Source: Chiloscyllium plagiosum (taxonomy: Eukaryota). Taken from it: a DNA stretch of 53,588 nucleotides. A program made the translations under genes and the position numbers. The DNA lies in contig NC_057718.1 in assembly GCF_004010195.1 (NCBI RefSeq), forward strand, positions 56,747,872 through 56,801,459. Direction: 5' to 3'. The notes beneath the pieces were generated by a model. The model made no database searches, was not told the origin of the DNA, and worked only from the letters and a program-made list of their open reading frames with translations. Position 1 is the first letter of the stretch; each line of letters begins with the position of its first letter. Shown piece after piece: positions 1 through 12,762 of this stretch.

Positions 1-229
1 AACAGGGTGACCTCATCTTTCCTATTCCTAACCTCAGCCCAAACTACCTCTGATGGCGAGTCTTCATCCATCGTCCTTTCCACAGCTGTAATACTATCTT
101 TGACAAGCAATGCCACACCTCCCCCTCTTTTGCCCCCACCTCTGACCCTACTAAAACATTTAAACCCTGGAACTTGCAACAGCCAATCCTGTCCCTGTTC
201 TACCCATGTCTCCGTAATAGCCACAACAT
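1..229 (-). mobile_element. CR1 LINE ORF2 APE-endonuclease fragment
   Basis: Minus-strand translation ...FKCFSRVRGGGKRGGGVALLVKDSITAVERTMDEDSPSEVVWAEVRNRK... contains the GGGVALLVK motif typical of CR1/L2 endonucleases. Confidence 0.8.
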
Positions 230-1249
230 TGTTGTTTGTTTATTGTTGTTGTTTTTGTTGTTATAAATGTTATATTTTTATACTTTTGTAATTTTGTAAA
301 GAAAAATCTTTTCAATGAAAATATTAAAAAAAAAAGAATTGAGGTCTGGGGCAAGCTTGAAAGGGGCTGAATGGCCATCCTGCTCCTACTTTCTATGCTT
401 TTAGAAAGTTTGCAAGTTTCTGGGAATCAAACAAAATTTCATGTTCCCTACTACCATTGACCTTAGGCATGGTGGGGTGAATGAATAGGACATTAAGGTA
501 AGCATCAGCTAAAAGCAGCCAGAAATGGCACAAAAGCTGGGCAGATCTATTGCGTTGTATCTGTACGGGACTCAAAACAATATCATATCGATCAACTGAT
601 TAACACTACACGTGTTAATGACAGGTAGGGTGATGAGGGGATGTTTTGACAGGTAATGAGAAACTAAGAACTTAATGCAAAAATGTTAAATGATTTGCGA
701 CTAAGCTGAGCAGACAGCCGAAAGTATAAAGAGAAGAGGTTAGGGATCAGGTAATTGTACACAGGGATGGAGGCAGAAATAGAACAGGTTGAGATGAGTG
801 TAGGAGATAAGGTCATGAAGGACATAGGATTTGAGCTATAATGGATAGGACATGATAATGTGATCATAATTAACGATACGTACACTGTTTCGACACAAAA
901 AGGGAAGATTATTGGAAACAATGATGACATCTGAAGCAAGTCACTAACCAATTTTTTTTAAACCTTTCATGGTGTAGGAAGCATGGTCTGATTTTCTGCC
1001 ACATCAAATGTTTAACACCTATAGAAGGCTAATGTGGAATTAGTTACACTTCATAATATGTTAATCGTCATTGTTCTGGAAATCTCACTTATACAAGTGC
1101 CAATACCAACTAAGACATTAAATAGAATAGGGAACATTGGGGTACTTAAGGGCAAATATAAGAAATACACTTTACTACCATATGCAGTAGAGAAATGAGA
1201 AACAAAGTTATTTAAAGTCCTCCAGAATCAGTCCCTCATAGCCCAAGAA

Positions 1250-1760
1250 TTTGAAGGCCACCCTCCTGCACCATTTTTCCAACTACACATTCATGTGTCC
1301 TATCCTCCTATTTTTGTGTTCACTTGCGCATGGTACTGGGAGCAATCTCGACAGAACTACTTTTGAGGTTCTCTTCGGTAATTTTCTATCTAGCTCCCCA
1401 AATTCTGATTGCAGGACTACATCATCCTTTCTACCTATAATCACTGACACTAATGTGGGCCTTGATCTCTGTCTGACCACCCTTTCTCAGAAGAATATTC
1501 TTTGCCATTCTGTGACATTACTGACCCGAGCACCAGGGAGGCAACATATCGTCACAGAAACTCATCTGTGGCAGCAGAAATAGCTGTTCCCCTAATTAAT
1601 GAATTTATCACTATTGCTCTTCCACTCTTCTTCCTGCCTCCTGTACAGCTGACCCATCAGTACGGTCAAAGGCTTGGAGCTTGTTGCAATCCTGTACTCT
1701 GAGAAACCAGTGTTCTCACAAATATCAAGACTGGAAAACAGATACTTAAGCGGGACTCTG
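1250..1760 (-). mobile_element. CR1 LINE ORF1 remnant (SGNH esterase-like domain)
   Basis: Minus strand gives CCLPGARV and IGRKDDVVLQSEFGELDRKLPKRTSKVVLSRLLPVPCASEHKNRRIGHMN, typical of the CR1 ORF1 esterase; frameshifted. Confidence 0.7.
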
Positions 1761-1804
1761 AACACAGAAATCTGTTCTTATGATGGTAAAATTGCATTTG
1801 TGTT

Positions 1805-1913
1805 GCAGCACTGTGGCTCAGTGGTTGGCACTACTGCCTCTCAGCGCCAGGGACCTGGGTTCAATTCCAGCTTTGGCCAACTGTCTGTGTGGAGTTTGCA
1901 CACTCTCCCTGTG
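1805..1913 (+). mobile_element. HE1-type V-SINE, 5' part only
   Basis: tRNA-like A box (TGGCTCAGTGG) and B box (GGTTCAATTCC) followed by the V-domain start TGTGTGGAGTTTGCAC. Confidence 0.75.
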
Positions 1914-1926
1914 TTTTAAAGAGTTT

Positions 1927-2297
1927 AGGGGAGGCAATAACCTAATGGTAGTTTTGCTAGACTATTAATCCAGAAACTCACTTAATGATCTGGGGATCAT
2001 GATTCAAATCCTGCCATGGCAAATGGTGAAATTTGAACTGAATAATAATCTGGAATTAAGAATCTACTGATGACCATGAAATCATTATCAAATGTGGAAA
2101 AGCCCATCTACTTCACTAATGTCCTTCAGTGAACACGCTAGCCTCACCTGGTCTGGCCTACATGTGACTCCAGATCCACAGCAATGTGGCTGACTCTCAA
2201 CTGCCCTCTGAATTGACCCAGCAACTAGCTTATAGGCAACCAGAGATAGGCGATAAATGCTGGCTAACCAGTGACACCCATGTCCTTCGAGTGAATA
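1927..2297 (+). mobile_element. tRNA-derived SINE (second family) whose 3' tail matches the LINE at 10.7-11.8 kb
   Basis: tRNA-like head (GATTCAAATCC B box), central CTGGTCTGGCCTACATGTGACTCCAGA, and tail GGCAACCAGAGATAGGCGATAAATGCTGGCT...GTGAAT resembling the LINE end at 11722-11790. A reverse partial copy lies at about 11815-12010. Confidence 0.7.
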
Positions 2298-2669
2298 GCA
2301 AGAAATATATGGAACACCTTTTCCATTAGGGAAAAAGGATGTTATGGTGACTGCCAATCTTTGTTGTATCCTCTTGGCAACACCCTGAAAAATCAAGAAT
2401 CTACCTGCTTGGTCTGACAACTAAATTGTAAGTTCCTGCTGCATTTGAGGTCAACAATGGCCAAACCAATCAACATCCTTTTTTATCCTGTGTAAATTGC
2501 ATTCGTCTTTTCAAGTCTGTTTCTTACATCCTAATCTTGATGTGTTGAAGACAAAAAGATTCAGCTTTTTATTTCCTTTAATCAACGTTTATATTCTGTA
2601 CCACATTTATCATGGCTAATCAGTTTGTGGATTTCACTCCACTTTGCAACTGTCCTCCATAACCCACAA

Positions 2670-3480
2670 TTCCACTGTCACTCAAAACTTGACTAACTCA
2701 ATTTTGACTATATTCAATGACCCAGTCTCTACTGCTCTCCAGGGAAAAGAAATCCAAAAAAATTTTTCTGATAGAATAAAAATCCTTCTCACATCAGCCT
2801 CGAATTGGAAGCATCTTGTTTTTAAACATTTATAGATTCCTCCATCCACTGCATCAAGCTGCCTCAGAGTCTTATGATTTAGTAAGATCAGTTCACTTTT
2901 TTGTAAACTGTTAATACATATAGATCCAACTTGTTCAATTTCTCCACAGTATTCAACACTTTCAAAGTAGGAACACACCTTGTGAAACTTCTCCGAACTG
3001 CTTCCATTAAGGAGAAAGTATGTTCTGACCAATGCTCTAGACAGAACAAGTTTGTCGCACTTTTCTGTGATTCAGGTACAAGGACACACAGACCCCTTTG
3101 CACTGATGCATGAAGCAGCCTATTTAAAGAATATTTTTGCCTTTTTATCTTCCTGCCAAAGTGGATAGCTTCACATATTCCCATACTGTAGTCCACTTAC
3201 TTAATTTGTCCATATCCTTTTGCAGAACTCTTTGCATCTGCTTGAGAACTTGCTCTCTCCTATCTAGCTTTTGCAGCCAAATACACTGATAATACAAATC
3301 AGTCAGATCATTAATGTTGATCGTAAATAGTCAAAAACTTAGTACTAATCCTAACAATACTTCATAGCTATAGTTTACTAATATGAAAACTATCCATTTA
3401 TTCCAACTGTGTTCCTGTTAGTTAGCTAACCCTCTATCCATTCCCCAATTTCACAAATTCTTATCTTAATCTTTGTACAA
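2670..3480 (-). mobile_element. Decayed CR1 LINE 3'/RT fragment
   Basis: Minus strand MDYSMGICEAIHFGRK...QRGLCVLVPESQK resembles the CR1 RT C-terminal MEYNVGKCEVIHFGRK...QRDLGVLV. Confidence 0.65.
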
Positions 3481-3943
3481 TTTAGATTCTTTAATTCTGT
3501 CATGCTACATAAGTAGGGTCAGCAGAAAAAAAATAGAAAGTAAACATTCTAAATTGCAGAGTTTTATTCCAGCATAGCATAAATTCCCTACTTTGTACTT
3601 GAGATCTCTATATTTATGAAGCTGAAGATTGCATTTGCTTTACTAACATCTGTTAGTAACACCTTCAATGCGAATGAATCCCTAGGCTGTCCTTGTACAC
3701 TTTTAGAATAGTGCTATTTAATTGTTTTGGGACTGCATCCAGTCAAAGTCACTATGCTTTAGGAAGGGTCCTTAAGATGATGCAGAGGAGAATGGTTCCA
3801 AAGATTGTGAATTTTAGCTATAACGGTATCAAGAAACTGGGGTTGTTCTTGGTCTGTGGGAAGTTGAGAAGAAATTTGAGAGAGGTGTACCAGATTATGG
3901 CAGGTTGAAATAAGGTAATCAATGAAAAGCTGTTGCTCATTGG

Positions 3944-4130
3944 GGTGGCATGATGACATATTGATTAGCACAGCTGCTTCACGTTGATCCGAGATTTGTT
4001 TCCAGCCTTGGGTGATTATCTGTGTTTGCACACTCTCCCAGTGTCTGCATGTGATTCTGTTTTACAGAGAGCAGCATGGTCTTGTTGGGCCAAAGGGCCT
4101 ACTTCTGGGTGTAATCTCTATGATTCTAAG
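3944..4130 (+). mobile_element. Degenerate HE1-type SINE
   Basis: GGGTGGCATG...TTAGCACAGCTGCTTCAC head, TTTGCACACTCTCCCAGTGTCTGC, and tail TTGTTGGGCCAAAGGGCCT...TCTATGATTCTA. Confidence 0.6.
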
Positions 4131-4827
4131 ATGTTCAAAAAAAACTTTACTTGCAAAGACATTTACTAGTTAACTATTAATATTTTCTCATTGGATCTGG
4201 AACCTATTAAGAAAATGGGTTTTTGACGCACTCCAAAGAGCTCATCCATTTGACCACAATTGTGTATCTATTTCAGTCTTCTTTAGTGAGTTAGATGATC
4301 ACATTGTCAAAACTCCATTAGTAAAGCAAACTTCTCCAAATTGCTTATAACTCTCATCCTTAATTTCTTGGTCACATTCTTTATATTAATTTAATTATTT
4401 GCAACTGATGGAATTAAGGAATTGTCCAAGGAGAAAATGTTGGATCTCTAATTGGAATTTAGAATAAGACATATTAATTACACACCTGAAACAGACAGAA
4501 CTTGAACTCAGGCCTCCTGGCTCAAAGATAGGTACACACTACTTATTGAAATATACAAGATCTTTAGTGAACTTAACAGATTGCCTACCAAAAGGATATT
4601 TCCCCTTTTGGGAGAAAGTAAGGGGACATAGATTAAAACCAAGAGCTATCCAATTTAAGATGAAAGTGAGAACAATCTTTTTCTCTCAGAAGTTTGGTAA
4701 GGCCAAGCTAGATTACTCCTTTGTAAATCAACAATCTAAGCGTAGACAGAAACATTGAGTTGAGGCCACAATTACATAGGCACGATCTTATCAAAATGGC
4801 ACAGAAGACTTGAGAAGCTGAAGCTAA

Positions 4828-4950
4828 ATCAAAGAACTGCAGATGCTGGAATTCAGAAACAAAAACAAATTGCTGGAAAAAATTAGCAGGTCTGGCAGCA
4901 TCTGCGGAGAGAAAACAGAGTTAGCATTCCAGGTCCAGAGATCCTTCTGT
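4828..4950 (-). mobile_element. Penelope-like terminal-repeat fragment (same family as 22862-22991)
   Basis: ACTGCAGATGCTGGAATTCAGAAACAAAA...GCAGGTCTGGCAGCATCTG is the reverse complement of the 22.9 kb repeat. Confidence 0.65.
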
Positions 4951-5146
4951 GTTTTTTTTTAAGTGTTTGGCCTTTGGTAAACTTTAACAATTAAGCAAAT
5001 GTTATTTTTTAGCAGGTTTTTAGTATGTTACACTTAAACACCAACTGTATGCAGGGGAGATGATTTTGCAAAATACAATGGCTGTTTATTTTATGTATCC
5101 ATGATCCAGTCAATTGATTAAGAAAGGTTAAAGAATTCACACCCAC

Positions 5147-5333
5147 CTCACATTGGTTGTTTAGTTTAGTGGAATTGATATCCAACTGTTGGTAACGTTC
5201 CTTCAGGTTTGCAAATTCAGCTTCCAATCGAGTATGCTCTAGTTTTGCAGCATTCAGCAAGCTTTTTAGATTCTTGTGGTCCACCTGCAATCCTTCATTT
5301 TCCTTTAACAAGTGGTTGTATATTTGGTTCAAT
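5147..5333 (-). CDS. CCDC88A: CCDC88A/Girdin coding exon (last in window), 187 bp, phase 2-0
   Basis: ttttgaag|A TTG AAC...TGT GAG|gtgggt. Encodes (R)LNQIYNHLLKENEGLQVDHKNLKSLLNAAKLEHTRLEAEFANLKERYQQLDINSTKLNNQCE. The next Girdin exon (LLSQLKGNLEEEN...) was not found before position 1, so the gene continues outside the window. Confidence 0.96.
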
Positions 5334-5565
5334 CTTCAAAACAGAAATAAATACTTAATTTTCTTGTAGAGCTAATGTTTTCTTTCTAAACCATAAGGCA
5401 CAGTGTACAACAAGGAAAGTCAATGATGAGGTGATGCTTTCAGTATTCTTCCTCTAACAACTTTAATTTTTATTGTAACCACCTCCTTTCTAACTCTTTA
5501 CGTTGACATTCAGCTTAGCAAGTGATTTTTATTAGTAGTCTGAGTCAGAAAATTGTGGAGGAGGG

Positions 5566-5669
5566 GCCCAGTGCGCACGTCCCTACCACTGGACAGACAG
5601 ACATGGATTCAAGTCCCATCTGCTTCAGAGATGTGCAGTAACATATCTGAACAGGTTGATTAGAAAAAA
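5566..5669 (+). mobile_element. Short tRNA-like SINE (~110 bp); reverse copies at about 46352-46460 and 4470-4560
   Basis: GGATTCAAGTCC B-box-like motif and end GAACAGGTTGATTAGAAAA. The reverse complement TTTTCTAATCAACCTGTTC...GGAACTTGAATCC occurs at 46.35-46.46 kb. Confidence 0.55.
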
Positions 5670-7089
5670 TAGATTAAATTGAAAAAAGCAACAACAAAAA
5701 AAAGGCTGTGGATTCAGGTTTGTCTCCAGTTTTGAGGAAATAATCCAGACACTTCAGTGTAGCAATAAAAGGATGTTACATTGTCTGACATATTTTTCAA
5801 ACAAGAATATTCAGGATTACAAATAGGCCTGACAGTGTAAAACTTATTTCCGCTAGTTAGGATATCCGGAATAAGATGAGCCCACTTTAAAAGATCAAGA
5901 ACCAACTATTTAGAACTGAGATGAAAAGTTTCATTTAACTTCAGTTAGCTGTCTATTCCCATACCTTGAGAACTTTGCTAACAAAAATCTACAAATGTCA
6001 GCCAGAAATTTTAAATAGGTCGAGACCTAGGTCAAGGGATGAATGTCTGTGGGAGGGACCCTTTCCTATAATGGCTATTGCGCTGCAGCTGCCAGCCCCA
6101 ATATGATGGCAAGCAGCTTTGACAGTTTTAAAATGAACTTTACTTAATCTCTCCCTCTCTAACTTAATGTTTGCTTCTTACCAGTGGGGCTGTTGATCAC
6201 TGACTGCTCTATGTTGGCCACTTGTCTGCTATCCTTCATTGAATAGTGAGCCTGCTCCCTGTAATTAATTGTTCAAGTCTTTTAAAAATCAAAGTGGTTG
6301 CATCTGGAAGATGCCAAGTGGGCTTGGGATCCAGAACAGAACCAATGGATAGGTTCTGAAGCCAGAAGCGAAAATCTTGGCCCTTAGTCTTGAAAATTTA
6401 AATTTCCAGATGCTCGGTGAACTTGTTTTGGTGGCATTGAGGGATCTATTATAAAGGAGGTTCCAGATTTTAACTAACCTATCCTACCAACTCTCTTTAT
6501 CACTTTAAATACCCGATTAGCTCATTCTCAAAAGTTCTAAAGTGACTGTGATCCACATCCATGCACCTGTACACCTAACTTAATCTTTTGAAGAATATCC
6601 TCAAGTGTCGTATATCTTAAACAGAATATAGTACTCTAGATGATGTCTGAACAAAATTGTACATCTAAAGTATCACCTCCACATTTTTGCATTCCAAAAC
6701 CCTTGCGGGAACAAAGACCAACATCTCCCAGTCCTTTTGATTACATTTTGGATCGGTACAACAGCGTTTAATGATTTAGTGTACATGGACATTAAATCAC
6801 TTTGCTCCTCTACTGCTCCCAGTCTTTCACCACTTGAACAAGATGGTGAGCAGCCTTCTATGTGTTACGCTAAGTATTAAACTAAAAATCCTATTCAAAT
6901 TTCCTGCTTTTGTACATGTAGGAGCAACCATCGTTTAGATTTGGTTTGTCTCAAAGGATAATTGAGCCACTGAAATAGTTCATGTTTAATTAGCCAAGTA
7001 AATACTAGAATACAGACACAAATTATACATAGAACACTTAATAGTTTCTAATCAGACAAAATAGAGCAGTACTGAGCGTGACATTAAAA

Positions 7090-7820
7090 TCTTTCCCGTA
7101 TCACCTTAACCCTATGACTTCTAGTTTTAGACTCCCCTACCCAGGAGAAAAGACCTTGGCTATTCACCCTATCCATGTCCCTCATGATTTTATAAAGGTT
7201 TCCCTCCGGCCTATTCAGCCTCTCCATATAACTCAAACTCTCTAATCCTGACAACATCCTTTCAGAAACCTTTTCTGAACCTTTTCAAGTTTCACAACAT
7301 CCTTCCTATAGCAGGAAGACCAGAATTGAATGCAGTATTCCAAAAGTGGCCTAACCAATATCCTGTGCAGCCACAACATGAACTCCAACGCCTACACTCA
7401 ATGCACTGATCAATAAAGGCAAGTGTACCAAACACTTTTTTCACTACCCTATTTACCTGCAACTCCACTTTGAAGGAACTATGAACTTGCACTCCAAGAT
7501 CTCTTTGTTCAGCAACACTCTCCAGGACCTTACGATTAAGAGTGTCATACCTGGCCTGATTTGCCTTACCAAAACATAGTACCTCATTTTTATCTAGATT
7601 TAACTCTCTGCCAAACCTCAGTCTATCTGATCAAAGTCCCATTGTATTCTGAGATAACCTTCTTTGCTGTCCACTACACCACCAATTTTGGTGTCATCTG
7701 CAAACTTACTATTCACACTGTCTAAATTAAAATCCAAATAATTTACATAAAAGACAAAAAACAGTGGACACAGCAGCAAACTGATTCTTGCTGCAAACCA
7801 TTGGTCACAAGCCTACAATC
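7090..7820 (-). mobile_element. CR1 LINE RT/3' fragment
   Basis: FADDTKIGG motif (plus strand CCACCAATTTTGGTGTCATCTGCAAA) and QVHSSFKVELQVNRVVKKVFGTLAFI. Confidence 0.8.
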
Positions 7821-7829
7821 TTTGTCCTA

Positions 7830-8750
7830 TCTGAGACAAGTTTTTGATCTATTTGGATTTCCAGGAGGTCTTTAACAAAGTGCTACATAGGAGTTACTAA
7901 ATAAGATAAGAATCCATGGTGTTACTGGCAATATACTGGCATGGATAGAAGATTGGTTGACTGGTAGAAGGCAGAGGATGGGGATAAAGATGTCTTTTTC
8001 AGGATGGCAGCTAATGAGTAGTAGAGTTTTGCAGGAACTATTGGAACCACAACTATTTTTGTTATACATTGATGATCTGGATGAAGGAACTGTTGCTAAG
8101 TTTGCAGTTGATACCAAGATAGGTGGAGGGACAGAAATGTTGAGGAACCAGGGAGGCTGCATAAGGACTTGACATACTAGGCGACTGGGAGAAGAAGTCG
8201 CAGATGGAATACAATGTGGCAAAGTTTGAGGTTATATATTTTAGTAGGAAGAAAAGCATCACTGACTATTTTCTAAAGATTCTGAAATTTGAAGCACAAA
8301 GGGGTTTGGGAGTCGTTGTTCATGATTCCCTAGAGGCTAACATGCAGGTTTAGTTGGCGATTAGGAAGGCAATTGCAAAGTTGGCATTCATTTCAAGAGG
8401 GGTAGAAAACAACAGCAGAGATGTACTGTTGAGGCTGTAAAAGGCTCTGGTCAGACTGCATTTAGAATATTGGGAACAGTTATGTGCCCCGGATCTAAGG
8501 AATGAAGTGCTAGCATTGCAGGGGGTCCTGAGGAAGTTTACTTGAATGATCCCTGGAATGCAGAGCTTATAATATGAGGAATGTTTGAGGATTTTGGGTG
8601 TGTACTTGATGGAGTTTAGAAGGATGAATCTGATTGAAACTTACAGGGTACCGAAAGGCCTGATAGAGTGGATGTGGAGAAAATGTTTCCACTAATAAAA
8701 GAGACTAGGACCAAAGAGCTCAATGGCCTACTTCTGCTCCTTTATCTTAT
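7830..8750 (+). mobile_element. CR1 LINE RT/3' fragment
   Basis: ORF 7957-8172 has RRQRMGIKMSFSGWQ...PQLFLLYIDDLDEGTVAKFAVDTKIGG (RT motifs B/C); degenerate. Confidence 0.8.
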
Positions 8751-8759
8751 GGACTAAAG

Positions 8760-9150
8760 AAGGGACCAAAATTATACACAGTACTCCAGGTCTGGTCTCA
8801 CGAATGCCTTATGTAATTGTAGAAACACTTCCCTATTTTCATACTCTATTCTGTTTGCAATAAATGTCAATGTTCCATTTGTCTTTGTTATTACCTGCTG
8901 TACCTGCACAGTGGATTTTCTACAATTCATGCACAAGGACACCCAGATCCCTGTGCACACCAACTTTTTTCACCATTTAGATATTCCTCTGCCCAAAATG
9001 GATAATCTCACACTTATCCATGTTAAATTTCATCAAATAACTTTTGACCCATGCACCTTTGACATCCACATCCTTCTGTAAATTTCTCATTTCTTCATTT
9101 CAACTTATTTCCATATTTATTTCAGAATTAGGATTTAGAATCAAAAGCAA
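8760..9150 (-). mobile_element. CR1 LINE RT C-terminal fragment
   Basis: QVQQVITKTNGTLTFIANRIEYENREVFLQLHKAFVRPDLEYCV (CR1 LVRPHLEYC motif). Confidence 0.75.
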
Positions 9151-9601
9151 AAGTGGTCATTTGGCTAAAAGTTGTCCATGCTCGTGTTTATGCTTCTGAC
9201 AAGTTTCTTTCCAGTATAATTTATTAATGCATATTCTTCTGTTTCGTTCTCTCCCATGTAATTTTTCTAGCTTCTCCCTTAATGGTGTCTGTTATCTGTC
9301 CCAACTAATCCTTAATCCACTGTTAGCAAGTTCCACATTCTCAGGAGTAAAAGAAAATTTATTCTGATTTGTATATGTTTGATACATAGTTTTGAACCTC
9401 ACACGCACAGACATCTTCCCTACCTATTCTATTGACAATCATAATTTTAAACAACTCCTATTAGTTTACTCCACCACCATCCAATTTCTAGATAAAAGAG
9501 CTCTGACAAATTCCATTCTCTGATAATTCTAACTTCTTAGTTCTGGTAACATTCTTATCATTTTTCTTTTGTATCTTTTTCTAGTGCTAGAGGCCACCAA
9601 C

Positions 9602-9745
9602 CTTTCATTTTCATTTTGAAGTTTCTGGAACTTGTACATCATAGTATCATGTTTCTCTACCTCCTGGTGCATTTTCTCTTGTTGCTTTTTCAAAATTGTC
9701 TCCAACTCCTCCAACTGGGCCTTTTGCTTCAACAGCTCATTATAC
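9602..9745 (-). CDS. CCDC88A: CCDC88A/Girdin coding exon, 144 bp, phase 2-2
   Basis: tctgcag|G TAT AAT...GAA AG|gttggt. Encodes (R)YNELLKQKAQLEELETILKKQQEKMHQEVEKHDTMMYKFQKLQNENE(R). Phases match both neighbouring exons. Confidence 0.95.
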
Positions 9746-10599
9746 CTGCAGACACAATTTAACTGGAATTAAATTTTCGTCATAATAATAATAATATAAT
9801 ATAGTCTATACCAAATTACAGAAAATGTACATCGTATTTTGAAAGACAAGAAGAAACTTTGTACAGCGTATTGTAAAGCATTTTAAAAAAAATACTTCCA
9901 CATACAATAGCACATTAGTAGTAGTGGTAAAGATTTACATGTTTATCTCCCAAATAAAGATGATAGGAGATCTGTTGAAAAATTATCTTTGTTAATAGCT
10001 GCAAGACATGTAGTTGCATTCCCTAAGCCCAAGCTTCTTTCTATATCCTTCTACATGGAAATCTCTTGTTTGAAAGGGAAATAGATGGGAATGGAGACTG
10101 CAGGTGCAATCCATAGTGTAAGTACCAATATCTCTTGACTGCAGCTTTTCAAAATAGCTACAAGAGATGATTATCTTTTTATAACAATGTTTGCTCTCAA
10201 AACATTACATCAGGATTTTTCTATTAGCTACATCACTGGAATCAACAATCCTACAATTGACATTTTAGCTCTTCCTGAAACTACTGAGTTCTAATATGGA
10301 AAATTTCAAAGATGATTAACTTGTATTTGTAATATAATACTTCAATATTGAATTCTCCAACTAGTTTTGCAAGTGATTACAAAACTCAGTTATCAATCCA
10401 AAAAGAGCGTGTTCTTGTTATTAAAAGCAAGCAGAGAAACTGAGAAACACTTTAAGATGAATTTCACACAGAAAAATAAACTTGAGTTCTTGTTAACACA
10501 TAACATCATTAATACCTCTCTGGAAGTAGCTCTTTCTTTCCCCTTCTTCCTTCCATGATGGTAGGAGCCTTCACTTGCATAGCAATAATTTGTTCATCG

Positions 10600-11792
10600 A
10601 TGGTCAGTTTGGATTCTGCCAGGGTCACTCAGTTTGTGGCTTCATTACAGTATTAGTTCAAATATAGACAAAAGAGCTGAACTCCCGTGGGAAGTTAGAG
10701 TGACTACTCTTGACAACAAGGCAGGTTTTAACCAACTGTGGCATCAAGGAGCCTTAGCAGGGAAGGAATCAACGTGAATAAAGGAGAAAATGCTCCCCTG
10801 GTTGGAATCATACCTTGCACAAATGAAGATGATTTCAGGAGTTCGTCAGGATAGTATCCTCAGACCAACCATCTTCAGTTGCTCAATCCTTCAGAGTCCT
10901 TCCTTCACAGAGTCAGAGTGGGAATGTTCAATGATGGGTATGCAATGTTCATGACATGTTCATTCACAACTCCTCAGATATTGAAGCACTCATGTCCAAA
11001 TGCAACAAGAGCTGGGCAGTAACCAGGTATGGGTTGACAAGCTGCAATTAACATTTGCACCACACGGTGTCAGGCATTGATCACATCCAACGAGAATCTA
11101 ACCAATGCCCCTTGACATTCAATGGCATTATCATCCTCAAGTCCCCCATTATCAACATCCTGGAGTTACCACTGACTGGAAACTGAACCAGAATGCCATG
11201 TTAACACTATGGCTACAAAATCAGAGGCAATGTCTTGACTCCCCAAAGCCTGCCCACCATCTACAAAGCACAAGGGAGGAATGTGATAGAATACTCTCAC
11301 TTGCCTGGATAAGTGCAGCTCTAACAACATTCAAGACACTTGACACCATTCAGGACCAAGCATCAGGCTTCTTGACTAGCACCACATCCACAAACATTCG
11401 TTCCTCTACCACTGACACACAGTAGCAGCAGTAAGTACCATCCTGAAGATGCATTTCAAAGTTTACAAGGCTACTTAGACAACCCCTTACAAACTCTCAA
11501 CCACTATAATTTAAAAAGACAAGGGCAGCAAACACATGGGAACACCAACAACTGCAGATTTTCCCCTCTAAGCCAATCACTATCCTGATTTGGAAATATA
11601 TTGCTGTTCCTTCAGTGTCACTGGGTAAAAATCCTGGAACACGCTCCCTGATAGCATCCGAGTATACATACGTGAAATAGGCTGCAGCAGTTCATGAAGG
11701 CAGCTCACCATCACCTTTCCAATGGCAACTAAGGATATGCAATAAAAGCTGGTCCAGCCATCAAACTCAATCCCATGAATAAATAAATAAAA
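10600..11792 (+). mobile_element. 5'-truncated LINE of a second family (CR1/L2 group), with 3' UTR
   Basis: RT remnants (DNKAGFNQLWHQG, GVRQDSILRPTIF), C-terminal LAWISAALTTFKTLDTIQDQA, and a tail ending CCCATGAATAAATAAATAAA. The same family recurs at 37200-38090 (-) and 41660-42250 (+). Confidence 0.7.
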
Positions 11793-12404
11793 GGATGAAA
11801 ATTCCATTGACAAGCCCAATATTTGTAGCCCCTCCCTAACTGTCCTTTAATTGAATAGCTCATTAAGCCATTTCAGAGGGCAGTTAATAAGCAACCATAT
11901 TGCTGGGGGACTGAAATCACATGTGGGCCATTCCAGGTAAAGGACAGATTTCCCTTCGAACCAGTTAGTTTTTAAGACAACTGAGGCTTGTTTAAAGGTT
12001 ACCATTACTAAGACTTGGGGCAAAATTTTCCCAGTCCTATAATGGCATGGGTAAGGCAGAAAAGTTGTGAATATACAGCAAGAACGAATTAAATCAGATT
12101 CCCCATCAATAAAACATTTTCTGATGTTTCCCTTGCCTTTCCCTCCCTTTAAGTAGAGACTTCTGAATCACACTGATGAATGGCAACTATTTTATTTCCA
12201 TGCGCTTCAATTCTATTAATGGCTAATTTCACCTCACTTTTATGCAGCTCTCCATCATCCCCCTCTCCTCTGAGAAAATGGATGGCATCAACTTCTAACA
12301 TGAAAGTCAGAGCAGTTACCTGGCTTTACAGTTCACTGCTAGCTTCTCGTGCCTTCAGCTCCAATATCACATAATTTTCCTGCATGCTCCATGGATCTCT
12401 TCCC

Positions 12405-12526
12405 TGAAATAACTCCAAGGGGCTGGTACCGCATCACCAAGTCACACATGGAGAGTTCTTGACACTGATCCAGTTCCTTCAGAGACAGTTCTCAGAATGG
12501 ACAGGACCGCTGACATTCCTGTTCTT
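12405..12526 (-). repeat. Distal half of the Gypsy 3' LTR (split by insertions)
   Basis: Ends ...GTTATTTCA on the minus strand. Shares the 14-bp junction ACATTCCTG(T/C)TCTT with the proximal LTR half at 16279-16394; joined they give a TG...CA unit of about 220 bp. Confidence 0.65.
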
Positions 12527-12762
12527 TTCTTCCTGGGTGAGGCCCAGGCTGCAGCACTAGAGGCAGGCCCAGGACTCAGAGCTCTCACCTCTTGCCTCCT
12601 CCTCTTCTTCTTCCCCTCAGAACACTGGATGTGGGCAGCTGGTCCAGAGTCAGTCCCCTCCCTCTGACACAATCAAGAGGAGAGGTCCTTCACTCTACAC
12701 TGATCCAGCTCCCTCAAGAGCCAGCTCTCAGAGTGAACGGGATCTCTGACACTTCTATTCTT

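Noticed and set aside
228..335. (TTG)n-rich stretch ending in an A run, possibly an L1-type 3' tail
   Set aside because: It is low complexity with no TSD or coding remnant to confirm it.
5334..5345. AAG rather than YAG at the acceptor of the 187-bp exon
   Set aside because: AAG acceptors are uncommon but normal, and frame and homology confirm this site.
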